DNA of 64,000 nt, from contig NW_026933486.1 in NCBI RefSeq assembly GCF_032062105.1, positions 124,001-188,000 of the forward strand, in the 5' to 3' direction. The notes below the pieces were generated by a model, which was not told the origin of the DNA, searched no databases, and saw only the letters and a list, made by a program, of their open reading frames with translations. The DNA is from Saccostrea cucullata (lineage: Eukaryota). Below, in pieces: positions 28,340-40,790 of this stretch; the stretch's first letter is position 1; the number at the start of each line of letters is the position of its first letter. The position numbers were made by a program, and so were the translations under genes.

Positions 28340-30190
28340 GGTAACACCAGGCTTCTGCAAGATATCCAAATCTTACAGGAGTACAAGATTGCGGTTAAAA
28401 ACAAATACTAAGCCGTACAGGAAATAGGTGAACTAACAACAGTTGAAGATCATTGGAAAGTGATAAAAGAGACCATCACAACAAGCTGCTATGAAATACT
28501 AGAAGTAAAGAACCGTTATAAAGAGTGGATCACAATTGACACACTTAGGAAAGTAGAGGATAGCACCTAAAGCAGAACAAACTGCAAAAGCAGGAAACAT
28601 GAAATACCTGTATGACATCACCAAGAAACTAGCTGGGAAGCGAATAGATAAGAACGACCAGTGAAAGACAAAGCAGGGAAACAACTAGTAGGGGAGGAAG
28701 AACAAAGAAAGAGATGGAAAGATGAAACATATGGAGATAGCAAACAGCACAAGATAAAAAGTCCATAAAACAATACAAAACAGGAGCAGAGCAATCATGG
28801 ACCTCCAAAACATCAGAGGTTGGATCACCTGCCGACCGGTCCCCACCGCCGTGTGCTCCTTGTCATGATCGGGAAATAACGGGAAAATCCGTCGTCAATT
28901 CAGTGTACATGTATAAATAATGGGAGTAACAATTAGTATGAAAACGTCAGTCATCATTTGACTCAATGATGAATTGTGTTTGATGACAAGGTATTTGTAT
29001 CAACCATAGAACTCACGAAATGATGAATTTAAACGAGACTGCTGGTATTCTTGTTTCATCAACTTGTTTGTCAATAATTTACCACTTTTTAAAAATTGTT
29101 CGTGTGTATCGAATCAAATGAGATATACCGAGGTATAAATTCTGTATGTAGGTGATGAAGATATACTGCTGAATAATAAGGGAAGTTGACGATAGAAAAA
29201 TTGAAGTCATCACAATTATCATAGAGTTTGGTTGTTAGATTACCATTGATGTCTTTTTCAAGTAAAATATCCAAATACGGAACAGATGTGTCAGACTCTG
29301 TGGTGTCTTTTATCTCAAGCCCACCACGAATCGATATGTCATATCGACTTAAGAATGGAAATTATCATTGTTAATTGACAAATACGTCGTTGATTTTATC
29401 TAAATGTTGAGTTGAAAGCCACAACAAGTGTTTTCCTCTTTTGAAAAATTATTGAATAGGCCAGTTGCATCTAACCTCCCAAAAATACACCAGCAAAAAT
29501 AGCAATAAACAGATGAGGAATGGCAAGTCATCAGGGCCTGATATCACCCCTTTCGAGGCACTTAAAGCTGATTTTGACAAGTCAGCTGTCTTTTTTTTTT
29601 TTTAAAATATGGGAGGTAAAAAGCTTCCAGATAAATATTGAAAGAAGGATACCCCATTAAACTTCCAAAAAAGGAGACCCCAGCGATTGTGCCAACTATA
29701 GTGGAATAACACTGTTGGATGTTCCAGTAAAGGTATTTAACAGGATCAGACTGAACAGAATGAAAGAAGAAGTGGATGATAAGCTACGTGACCAACAAGC
29801 TGGATTTCGTAAAAATAGATCTTGTACAGACCAGATAGCAACATAGCTTCATAGATTTTGAGAAAGCCTTTGACAGCATTGACAGAGAGACAATATGGAA
29901 GCTTCTGCAACATTATGGTAAATTGGTTAATATCATCCGCAACTCTTATGAACACCATGTCGCAGAAGTTTCCATTGTAAACTGGTATAAATTTCAACCG
30001 CAACTCTTATGAACACCTGACATGCAGGGTCATACGTGGAGGACAAGTGACAGAGTCATTCGAAGTAAGAACAGGAGTTCGTCAGGGATGTCTACTGTCA
30101 CCATTTCTGTTTCTTCTTGCAATAGACTGGATAATGAAATCATCCACAGAAACAGAGAAATGAATATAGTGGACACCATGGTTACATAGT
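28340..30190 (+). mobile_element. Decayed RTE-clade LINE ORF2, interrupted by a Penelope-like insertion
   Basis: Broken frames give GNMKYLYDITKKLAGK, RPVKDKAGKQLVGEEEQRKRWK | FEKLLNRP, LPKKGDPSDCANYSGITLL, LRDQQAGFRKNRSCTDQIAT, FIDFEKAFDSIDR, TGVRQGCLLSPFLFLLAIDWIM. Confidence 0.88.
28728..29440 (-). mobile_element. Penelope-like element (Naiad-type), 5'-truncated: RT C-terminus + 3' UTR
   Basis: LDILLEKDINGNLTTKLYD..DDFNFSIVNFPY, then the shared 3' module; sits inside the RTE LINE. Confidence 0.85.
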
Positions 30191-30649
30191 GACAACAAAA
30201 CAATTTTAACATTTTCATACAAAACTGCAGTATAGTTCGAATTATTTTGCCACTTCAAATGGAAAAGTTTTGGATGATCTAATTTCAGGCACAGAAGGGC
30301 TAATAGATTATACAAGGTTTGTTAGGAATGTTTTGTTGTGGTAGTAGTAAAATAATATGTAAGGAATACAGGTTCCCTATATTTTGAGATGACAGCTTAA
30401 GAATATGCGCTCCTCAGCTAGGAAGAATAATTTCTAAAAGCCTTATCTGGTTTTAAAATCTCAAAGAAAGCTTGAAAAATGATATCTTTTCTTGCAACAT
30501 TTTCCATTTCATATATCTCATTATGATTAAAGGTTCTTTGAAGATCTTATACAGTTTTAAAGGAATATAATTTTATATTAGCAAACGTATTATTATATTT
30601 TTTTCTAAATACAAAGCAGATTTATTCAAAATCACATACAGGAGAAAAT

Positions 30650-30990
30650 ACGTGAGTTTCTGATTGACAATCTGAATTACCGAAAGGATTTATTATAAAT
30701 TTCCTGATGACTTCAACTTTTCAATCGGCAACCTCCCTAACCTGTATACATAGCAATATATATAATAGTACCCCCATCATCTATATTTTGGGATATATTT
30801 CTCTCAGTTGATTTGATACAAATGAACATGTTCTATGTAGAACCAATTTCTAAAACCAGGCAATTGACAAAAGTTGATGAAGCAAGATTATCATCAGTCC
30901 CGTTTAAAGTCATAACTTGGAAGTTCTATGGTAGAATAATTGCCTTGTCAGCAAATGCAGTAGTATCATTAAGTCAAATGCAGACTAATT
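30650..30990 (+). mobile_element. Highly decayed Penelope-like RT fragment
   Basis: gatgacttcaacttttcaatc..., ttgacaaaagttgatgaagcaag..., cgtttaaagtcat...aagttctatggt and cattaagtcaaatgc match the other copies. Confidence 0.7.
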
Positions 30991-33900
30991 TTTTTTCATT
31001 CTAATTGTTTAACCATATATTTACACGTTAGTCAACATTTGACCGAAAGAAAGATTGTAAACTTGCGAAATGATGACCTCAAATAAGGCGGTCGCTTAAA
31101 CTTTAAAAAATTTTGAATCCATTTGAAAGTGGAAATGCTTTTTGAAAAATTGAAATGCATAAAATGAAAATTGTTGCACGAAAATGTTTCATTTTCAAGC
31201 TCCATTTTAAGACTTTCTAAATGAACTAATATGAAAAGCCATCCTTCCTGGCTGAAGAGGGGGTATCCTTAAACATACGAAGACAGCTCACTCTTTTGTG
31301 CCCAATGAATATATACTTTTTTAAATGGATTGCTCTCTGGTCTCGTCGATCCAGCCAAAATTCTCTTAGACAACTGAGGCACTCTGTAAGTCTGGTTAAA
31401 GTCATACTCACACTTAGGTCTCAAGTGACTGGACCAACAAGAATTTGAATTTTGAGAACGTTAAAAATGTTTCTATTTGAAACCACCTGGGGCTCTATTC
31501 ATCTTTTTTTTTCACACGAAGGGCCACCAAGATTGCAAACCTATTACATAAGCTTATATCATGGAAGGATTGCCACGCCACCGAAGACATACAAGATAAA
31601 CAGTAGCCCTGGCTGAGGCCAAGCTAGGTCACAAATATTTAATGTGATATTCTAATTGTACCAACTCCGCCATTAACGCGTCACTTCCTGTCAGAGTTAC
31701 GTAAACAATCAGCGTCTAATTCAGGCTACTTTGACTTCAAGATAGATTGTATTTATGAAAATCGCCCATTTCCAATTACTGATAACACATGTTGCCAAAA
31801 AAAAAACTGCAACATAACACGAGCAAGTTTGAAACCTTGCAAACAAGAGATTTTTTGTATTCGGTAAATGTATTAATAGATATTCCCCATTTAAGGAATT
31901 GAGAATTTCAGGCTTTAAAGACTTCCTCATGTAACGTGCTTAAAGTTACATTACATAATTTAACCATGGCTATCACTTTTAGGATAAGTTTAGTAACATA
32001 ACCAATATCATTTTTTCTCAAAGAACGCCGGCTCAAGGTTGTGGTCATTATACTTTACAAAATTATAAGTGTTGTGTTAAGGGATTTAGATTTCTTCTTT
32101 GTGGCAAAGATCACTAAAACGTTTGTTGAATTCAGTTTGAAAGAAGCGACACGTACCTACTCATGTTGGGCGACAACGAAAAAATGATGAAAACGAGGCA
32201 GTTCGGAAACTCCTCATTGGGAATGACTAGGATTAAACACCTGGAACAGAGAGCGGACCGGATGGACCAGAGTTAGACTTCCCCGGAAGTCATAGGTACT
32301 ATTCTGTATCGAGACGTACAAAACAAAACCCTGACATGACCGACAAACATCTACCACTATACACTATAGTAGTACTATATCTATGTGTATATGTATGAAG
32401 ACTGATAATACACACAGTGGAGATGATTTTAATCAAACAATCTCTGTCATTCGAATGTTTATATTGACCGATAATCCCCCTGTATGGAAATGTATGGAAT
32501 GCAAATCCTATACACGAACACGCCACTTTGTTTCCATTGCAGGGCGTGCTTTTTGTTTCCATGCCAGAACGTGCGGATGTTCTCGATGATTACTTGCCGC
32601 TTTTGTTTGGCCTCCAATCAAATCTGTCATATTTATTGATAACTGCTTAGATTAGAGTCTGTCCACTGACCACTTATAGCAACACTAGAACAAACGTTCG
32701 TGGGACTTAGGTTCTCCTATGGATTACGTACCATGCACCCTGGAGTCTAATCTCGTGTTGTCTCGCGTTATCTCATTTCAAATTTGTTATCACCAAATTT
32801 TGACGCGCAATACAGAAGTGTCAACCAATTTTCACTTAGATTTATTTATTTTTTTATTTGCTGATTAAACATGTCAAAGTTGTGTATACTTGTCACTCAT
32901 ATGACGTCACATCAGACAATTTGTCGTCTGCTCACCTGCGCCAAATTCAGCAAGGTCACCAGTATCAACAATATGAAACGTACACGGTGGCCATTTTTAA
33001 AACTTTACTTCAAATAATAATTTACAATAAAATTCACTGCCTTGCATTACTTTTCCTATCAACTTTGACACATAATTAATTGGCTGGGATGTCGTGCATT
33101 TCAAGCATGTCACAATTTGTGACTTCAAAGCCAAAACTGACATATGAAATACCAATCTCAACAAAGCGATGTTGTGCGACTAGCATTTAAACGTTCTCCC
33201 TCTCTGTTTATAATGATTCTCTGCGTCCGTAGCCAAAAATTAATCAACTAAAAGGGAAACTTGTAGTGTTTACCTGGCTGACGCTGGTCCCTCTAAATCA
33301 GATTAATAAGGGTGTAGCAGGTTATGGGGACGTGATGAATTCATTTTACATAGCATACAGGTAACACCGCGGGCACCTGTTGCCAGGACGGCGGAATTTT
33401 TAATATTTACTAACATTGTACATAAGAATTTACTGAGAAGCATAATGTAAGACAAACGTTATTTTGGCTAATGCCTAAATACTGAAGCTAGACATACTTC
33501 GATATTTTCTTTTTTTTTTTTCTGGTCTATTTAATAAAACAAATTGATTCTAAAACATTGTATCATTTATTTAAAGGAATATGATGGAATGTAAAAATTA
33601 CACTACTCAATATTTTCCATTTGTATTGCATGTTTTTTACCCATTTTTGTCGTATAGTTTTTTTATTTTACTGTATTCAGTATTTACTTGTATATACTTT
33701 GAATTTTTAATATTCCATTTGCGTTGTATCATTTTCAGATTTGTATTAAAATAAATAAAAATAATTAAAAAATTAAATAATAAAAAATTTAAACTCTAAT
33801 TATTCTGTTATTTCTATTTGTTTACATAATTTTCTTCTATTATTTCCATTTCTGTAGTTTAATCTTCATTTTCCCTTTTGAATTCTATAATTTTCTAGAT

Positions 33901-34265
33901 GGAAAAGATGCAATAAATACATGCAAAGTAATACCATACAAGTAGGAAAATTATATAAAAAAGTATACCATTCGAATGGAAAATTATTCAAAACAAATTG
34001 AAAATTATAATATACAAATGGAACATTGTAATACAAATGGTAAAAAAAGAGCCATAAACTTTCATATAAAATAGTAAAGAAAGCAAAACTTATGCGAACA
34101 TAATGCAGCTAAAATATACTTATACAGAGATTTTTTCTTCAGGAGGTTAAAAGATTCACATTTTCACATAGTCTAATTTTGTAAAAATTAGACTATTAGA
34201 CTAAATCAGAACAACAACTACGCCACTTTATGATCAAGGATGTTACCTGCAAAACAAAAAGAATG

Positions 34266-34267
34266 AC

Positions 34268-34304
<37 letters not shown>
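34266..34304. repeat. (GATT)n microsatellite
   Basis: About 9 perfect GATT units, close to the 3' end of a Penelope-like copy. Confidence 0.95.
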
Positions 34305-34307
<3 letters not shown>

Positions 34308-34339
34308 AATAAAGAAATTGAGGCTTAAAAACAAAAAAG

Positions 34340-35885
34340 AAAAGAAATAACGAACAGTAAAAGTCTAATGAAACAATTCAAATCAGGAGCAGACCAATCA
34401 CGTACCTCTAAAACCAATGATAGGATGAGGGGCTATGGAGGAGTGAGCATCCCCTGACAGCCGATCACATTCGCCATGTGCTACTTGTCATAATAGATCA
34501 AACTGAAAAATTCGTAGATTTAGCTATATGTAGTAAAACGTCAGCCAGCATTCGACTTTATGATATATTGTATATACTTGATGACAATGATATTTTATTG
34601 ACCATAGAGTTTGCGAAATGTTGACATCGAGATTGTTGATATCCTAGATTCATCCATTGGTTTATCCCTAATTAGTTTCTTTATAAAAATGGTCCTAGAC
34701 GTAGGTAGAATATAATCTTGCGTATGAAATCAGAATATCGGCAGTCTAGTTTAAAGTCATCAATTCTAAAGTTCTATGGTCGATACAATGACCTTGTCGG
34801 CAAATACAATTTATCATTGAGTCAAATGCTGACTGACGTTTTCTTTTTCATAATAATTTTAGTCCATTATTTATACACTGAATTGACGACGAATTTTTCC
34901 GTTATTTCCCGATCATGACAAGGAGCACACGGCGGATGTGACCGGTCGGCAAAGGATGCTCACTACTCCATGGAACCTGATCCCACCTCTGATGTTTTGG
35001 AGGTCTGTGTTTGCTCTGCTCCTATTTTGTTTTGCTTTATGGACTTTAGATTTTGAATACTGTTCGTTATCTCCATTATTATGTTTTATCAACTCATTAA
35101 CTACTTATGATAAGCATTGTTGTAAGATTACCAACGCCCTTTACTAGCAAAATATCCAAATATAAAATGTTTCAGACTCTGTGGTATCTTTTATTTTAAG
35201 ATCATTGGGATATATCTTGTTGACATATGATGAAAATATTGATAATTGATGATACGTCATATTGTTAATTGATAATACGTGGTTGATATACTAGTATCTA
35301 CATGTTGAGTTGAAGACAACAGCAAGTGTTTTCTTTTTTACGTATGTCTTTGAATATATTCTGCACATAAGGATACAAAAAATAGGCCTGCTTATATTAC
35401 GGAGAACAAAGAAACTACATAGATATCTTCAACAGAAATTCAAGCATCATTTTTACATAAATCCCAAGTACTTCTTTGTACAATCAAATGAATATTTTTT
35501 TTCAAAATTATTTAGGAAATGACTAATAAAAAGGGAAATTTACGAGCTGCATTTTTATTTGAAATAGCGGCTGTCAAAGATGTCAACATCGTTGGAAACC
35601 TATGGTGTCGGTCTCACGAGATCGACCGAGGGTTTCCGAAGATGAGATGTCAAAGCCTGGGCTAATTTATCGTGGGAATAGTATATAGAGTTGATAATGA
35701 ATAGTCCCATGTTTTGATGTATTGGTTTTGGTAAGAGTTTTTAATTTCAAATTTTCTAAACGGTCCTTGTTTTAAATGCCTAGGATCCATATCTGATTTA
35801 CAGTAGTCTTGAAGTTTCTCCTTCACTGCTGTTAATATACGTATTTTGAGGAGCAAAGAAAGAGGCTTGGTAGAACATTTACTGC
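34340..35885. mobile_element. Cluster of Penelope-like fragments in alternating orientation (~34340-34670 -, ~34720-35080 +, ~35085-35380 -, ~35660-35885 -)
   Basis: ORF remnants LKSSILKFYGRYNDLVGKYNLSLSQMLTD (+) and KIRILTAVKEKLQDYC...KTWDYSLSTLYTIP (-), plus two 3' modules. Confidence 0.82.
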
Positions 35886-36019
35886 ATGGATGTTAAAATG
35901 CATTCCTCGTAAAAATACAATGTACATGTATTAGTGAGCTGACATTCTTCGGATTAGATAGAATGTTCTATCGTTAAAATGATATTGTCCTACGGACCCG
36001 GTTTAACGAAGACCGTGTA

Positions 36020-36308
36020 TTCGTAATGTAGCAGAAAGAAACACGGGCGATAACTGCATAGTGCATTTACTAGGAACAATCTTGAGAGTTCCGAATGTAA
36101 ACATGGAGGTAATTTGAATCGAGAGAATAACGTTGAGAAAATGAATGGGATTTTCGTATTTATATGGATTGTTTTTTTGGGATAAAAGGCATAAGCAATC
36201 TCAAAAAGGTTTGTTATGATTAATTTGCAAGTTATTTTCAGTGCAAATCCGTTTGTATCCTTCAAAATCGTTTCGGTGCGATTCTGCAATTTTTTGCTAC
36301 ATTACGAG
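36020..36308. mobile_element. MITE with ~18-bp TIRs and TA flanks (Tc1/mariner-type)
   Basis: TA|TTCGTAATGTAGCAGAAA ... TTTTTGCTACATTACGAG|TA. Confidence 0.7.
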
Positions 36309-38894
36309 TATATAGGCGGTATTCTAACTGTGGTGAGGGCTTGTACCGAGACACAGTTAGATTATTCTAACTATCTTCGGATAAAAAAAGAGCTAAGCTA
36401 GAAGACAGGTACATGTACTATGCTCCAGTCGGTCCTTGTATAAATATCATGAAATATTTAAAACATTAAACAACAAACAAACAAACCCACTGGGATTGAA
36501 CTCTCTGGGATTGTAACAAAGTAATAAAGTAAATCGAGCTTTTAATTTTAAATGTTTTCTTAAAAGAATTTCACATTCAATTGCTTTCATTTATAAGTAT
36601 CTAGAAAATAACTAAGTAAATCAAGTACATTTTGAAAGTGTTTTATTTAAAAGAAAATGAAATTGTATTCAATTGCTTTCCTTTATTTTTGTGCAGAAAG
36701 AAAAATAGATTCCATGAGAATTGTAAAGTAGGAAAACGGGGTGGCCATATTGCATTATCAAAGTTATTTATGAATGATGAAAGCCAAACATTTCATTGAT
36801 ATTAAATTATCTAGACAAGTAGATTGAAACCTCTAAACATAAGTACGATTCACCCGATTTAAATAAATTCTGAATCCAATAAATTCAATCTTTTGATACG
36901 ACTGGGAACCCCGGAAGGCATCAGAGAGAATCATTTGTTTCAATTCTATGACGAGTCGGATTAACAGTGGAAATAATAGAATAAAAGTGAAATTAAACAT
37001 CCAAGGTTTGAAACGCATCGGCGGAGGAAATCACGCGATATCTACATTAGAAATGATTCTGCTTCCTGATAAATCTCCGCCGTACAAAATAAACCCATTG
37101 TTGATCTATCAAAATGATTCGATTTTGTTTTATATTCACATATCTACTTATGGTACAAAGGGCGCCTTGAAGTCTACATAAAAACCTTTTTCCCATGTAA
37201 GGTATTGATAGAGGGCAATGGGTATTATGAAATAGAAATTTCTCTTCATCTTAAGCGCAATAAGGCTCTTTATGTTTAGTTATTGAAATCTGTAAATTCA
37301 TATCTACTAAGCAGCGAAGATCCGTATTGATAAGAAACCAAAGCATACTAAACAAAACGATGCTGAAAAGCAGTTCAATGTAAATGCTTTATAAGAAATA
37401 TACCAATTATTGGAAATGTCTATCTTTAAGGAAATACTAAATTCAAGATAAAGCACTTTTTTCGTGTTGACATTACAAATCAAATCCTTTTAGAGTAATA
37501 TTTTTTTTTAATTAATGTAAAAAAAAAATCAATTCAAGATTTTAAAAGGCTTAAAATTTTTTCAAAATTCATTATTTTGTTGAAGGAAAAGATATAATTT
37601 GGTCAAAGCAAGAGGCAATATTGATTCTGTAAATTTTTAAAGGTAGCAAGGTTTCAGCTAAACTTTATTGCGACTATATAGTGAGAAAATTGAGATTTAA
37701 CGAAAATTTTTACCGATTCCTTTGATAAACAGTGTGATTTGGGGTTCAAACACAACAACACACGCACACACTCAAATAAACTGGATTTGGATGAGTTCAA
37801 TTCAATTTGTTCTTTTGATTTTGTCATCTTTTTCCAGTTTTAAAATTGATCTTATGAAACAATTTTTGTCTTAAAACTAAATAAAGTTTCCGAATCATGG
37901 ATGTACGTGTGACTTTTATTCTGAGGGAGGACATTATCAAATCAAAGATATGAAAATGACATTAAAATATGTGGAATATTACTTAAAATAGCTGTTAACG
38001 GAAGTCACATGCATGGCTGATAGTTGTTTCACAGACTAGCAGTACCAAAGTGCAATGAGGTCGTGTTTATATTAGATACGACAAAACCAAGTCTGTTAGA
38101 TGTAGATTTTTTCATTTAATGAGCGTCAACTCCTCCAGTCTGCTTTAACGGTATCTGGAAAACAAATATCCTAATATCAGCATAATTTTCTTCTCCATTA
38201 GTGACGGCAAGCGTCACGTGGTGCGCGGCTCGAGCTCTCCATGACAACAATAACAGACTCACGCAGCAGGTATGATTCAAAATGGCGTCCATTCGAATCC
38301 CACCCATCGCTCCCTAATGGAGGCTGCAGTTTTGCACCGATATCTACAAGAATTAAGCTAAAAAAGAGATGGAATTTGACGGATTCAATGAAAGGTTTTT
38401 CCTACTTTACCAGCGTGGCCTCTGTATATCATACCTGAAAACAGAATGTTATCAACGGAAATTCCGGGAAAAAAGAAAACGTTTGAAACATGATTCATAT
38501 TTTGAAAGGTTTTCTTTAATTTTATTTAGTCATTAACCAATTTTTATCCATTCATAATTATTCGTTTTCTTTTCAGTCAAGGACTATTAATTCAAGATTC
38601 CATTCTGGTTGGTAAATTTTAGAGACAAACATTCATTTTTAATATCTCTGGTTTGGCATGTCAAAAATCGCTCAGTTTCCTTGATTTCATTGTTCTTTCC
38701 TCTCTCTGCTGTTTCTGGGGTCGTTCTTTGTTCCGGACCCAGCTTTATATATATAGTTCTGATGGACTTTTGAGCTTCAATACTGTTCATCATCTTATTA
38801 CTGGTATTTCATCTCAAGTCCTTACTTACAGAAAAATAACAAAGCCTATCTGCAAAACACATCTAGTACAGCAATATCCGAAATAGTATTTATG

Positions 38895-39520
38895 GAGGTC
38901 TTCCAAAATGTTTTTTTTTAACCTTCCATGGGAACCAATTGTGTCCCCCTATAGGCAAACCTGTTTTTGTTCCTCCATGAAGAAATGAAAATAATCAGTT
39001 TCTTGCGAAAGACACCAACTGACATAACCGTTTCTATCGTCATCCCCTCGTACTAATGTAGCAATATACCTTTATAACCTGTACATGGGGCTTGTGTCAC
39101 CCATTAACTTCCAAGTTGATTCGATTTAAACGTAGCAAACTATGGACAAAAAATATTTGATGAAACAAGAAGACTAGTATCAGCAGTCTCGTTTAAAGTC
39201 ATCATTTCGTTAAGTTCTATGGTCGATACAATGTCCTTGTCAACAAATACAACTTATCATTGAGTCGAATGTTGACCGACGCTTCCATACTATTTATTAG
39301 GTCATTGCTTACACATTTAATTGTCTAAGAATTTTTTCGTTTTCTCAACAATGACAAGAACACGGCGGACATGGCCTGTCGGAGCTGGATGCTTACTCCT
39401 CAATGACACCTGATTCCACATCTGATTTCTTTAAAAGTTCCGTGTTTGCTTTGCTCTCGCTGTGTATTGTTTTGATGAACCTTTGAGTTGGATTACCGTT
39501 TGTTTTCTTCATATCTACTT
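38895..39520 (+). mobile_element. Decayed Penelope-like copy (RT remnants + 3' module)
   Basis: ccatgggaaccaattgtgtccc (MGTNC motif), cgtttaaagtcatcatttcg...ttctatggtcgatacaat, and the 3' module at ~39350-39460. Confidence 0.8.
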
Positions 39521-40023
39521 CTATATATCGCTTACCTTTAATATCATGACCAATATATTTAAATATTTTCAGTCATGCGATGATTCATTGTATTTCATTA
39601 AACCTTAAAATGAAACGACAGAAATTGAAACCTGTTTCATTTTTTGACGTCTAACAATAAAAAGGCATTGATGGCAAAGAAGTATCCTTTTTTTACTAAT
39701 ATTAAATAAAACGAAAACTAATTAAATTTCTATAGCCAATTTCACTCACACAATTATTACAACTATATACATTGACATGCTAGAACATATTAAGAATATT
39801 AACTATCGGTATTTCTAAACGGATAGAAGCTCTTGCCAAACAAGATAGGGATACAAGGGTATAAACAACCTCGTTATAAATCAGTCGAAAAATCTGTGGT
39901 TGCATGATACAATGACAAATTTTGCAAATACAATCAAAATTTAGAATCCCAACCACCGATATCTTGGATACCATGGATGAAATATGTAGAAATAACGAAC
40001 GGTATATTTAAACAATAAAATAC

Positions 40024-40134
40024 TTTCTTTGGTTGTTAGTAAGGTAGTAAGCGTTGCAGCTCTTGCATAAAAAATACATATCCTTTTTCTGACGTAGCTG
40101 CGACGTTATTACCTTACTAACAACCGAAGAAAGA
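40024..40134. repeat. Imperfect inverted repeat (~38-bp arms)
   Basis: ctttctttggttgttagtaaggtagtaagcgttgcagct versus agctgcgacgttattaccttactaacaaccgaagaaag. Confidence 0.8.
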
Positions 40135-40299
40135 CATTTACTTTTTTATATTTATATCTGTATAGATAATCGTTAAAAGTAGGATTAAAAAAGATTAATT
40201 ATTGTATTATTGAAATGTACGTTGTAGTACGTTTCATTGATAGAACAGCCATAGATCATAATTATCTATACAGTTGATAGCCTATTCGCCATTCATGAA

Positions 40300-40790
40300 C
40301 TGATAAACGTCAATGGTTTTGCAAAGAAATAAAGGATGATAAATATTCAGTGAATGTATATATTTTGGCATTGCCATAACGATCAAGATATTTTCGAAAT
40401 GTTGACTTTAAATGAGAATAAATCTGTTTAATCAACTTATTAGTCACTAGCTTGCCTCGTTTTTTTTAAATTGTTCGTATCAAATCAACTGAGAGACATA
40501 ATCTCCATATGCTGGTGAAATGGGTATTTTGCTACATACAAAATGGAAGTTGACGATAGATAAGATCTGGATGTTAAGCTACCAATGACGTTTTTTTCTT
40601 TTAAAATACTCAAATAAAGAGGTGCATGTGTCAGACTCTGTGGTAATTTTTATTTCTAGTTTTCTGAGATACTGTATATGGAGTCGACATATGCATATGA
40701 TTAATTATTGTTTTGATACGTCATCGATATAACAAAATAAATAGTTTAAGGTCACAGCAAATGTTATCTCCTCATGTAGAGAAAAATCCA
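40300..40790 (-). mobile_element. Decayed Penelope-like RT fragment
   Basis: atgtgtcagactctgtggt, ggaagttgacgatag and atcaacttattagtcac match the minus-strand copies at 29 kb and 45 kb. Confidence 0.7.
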
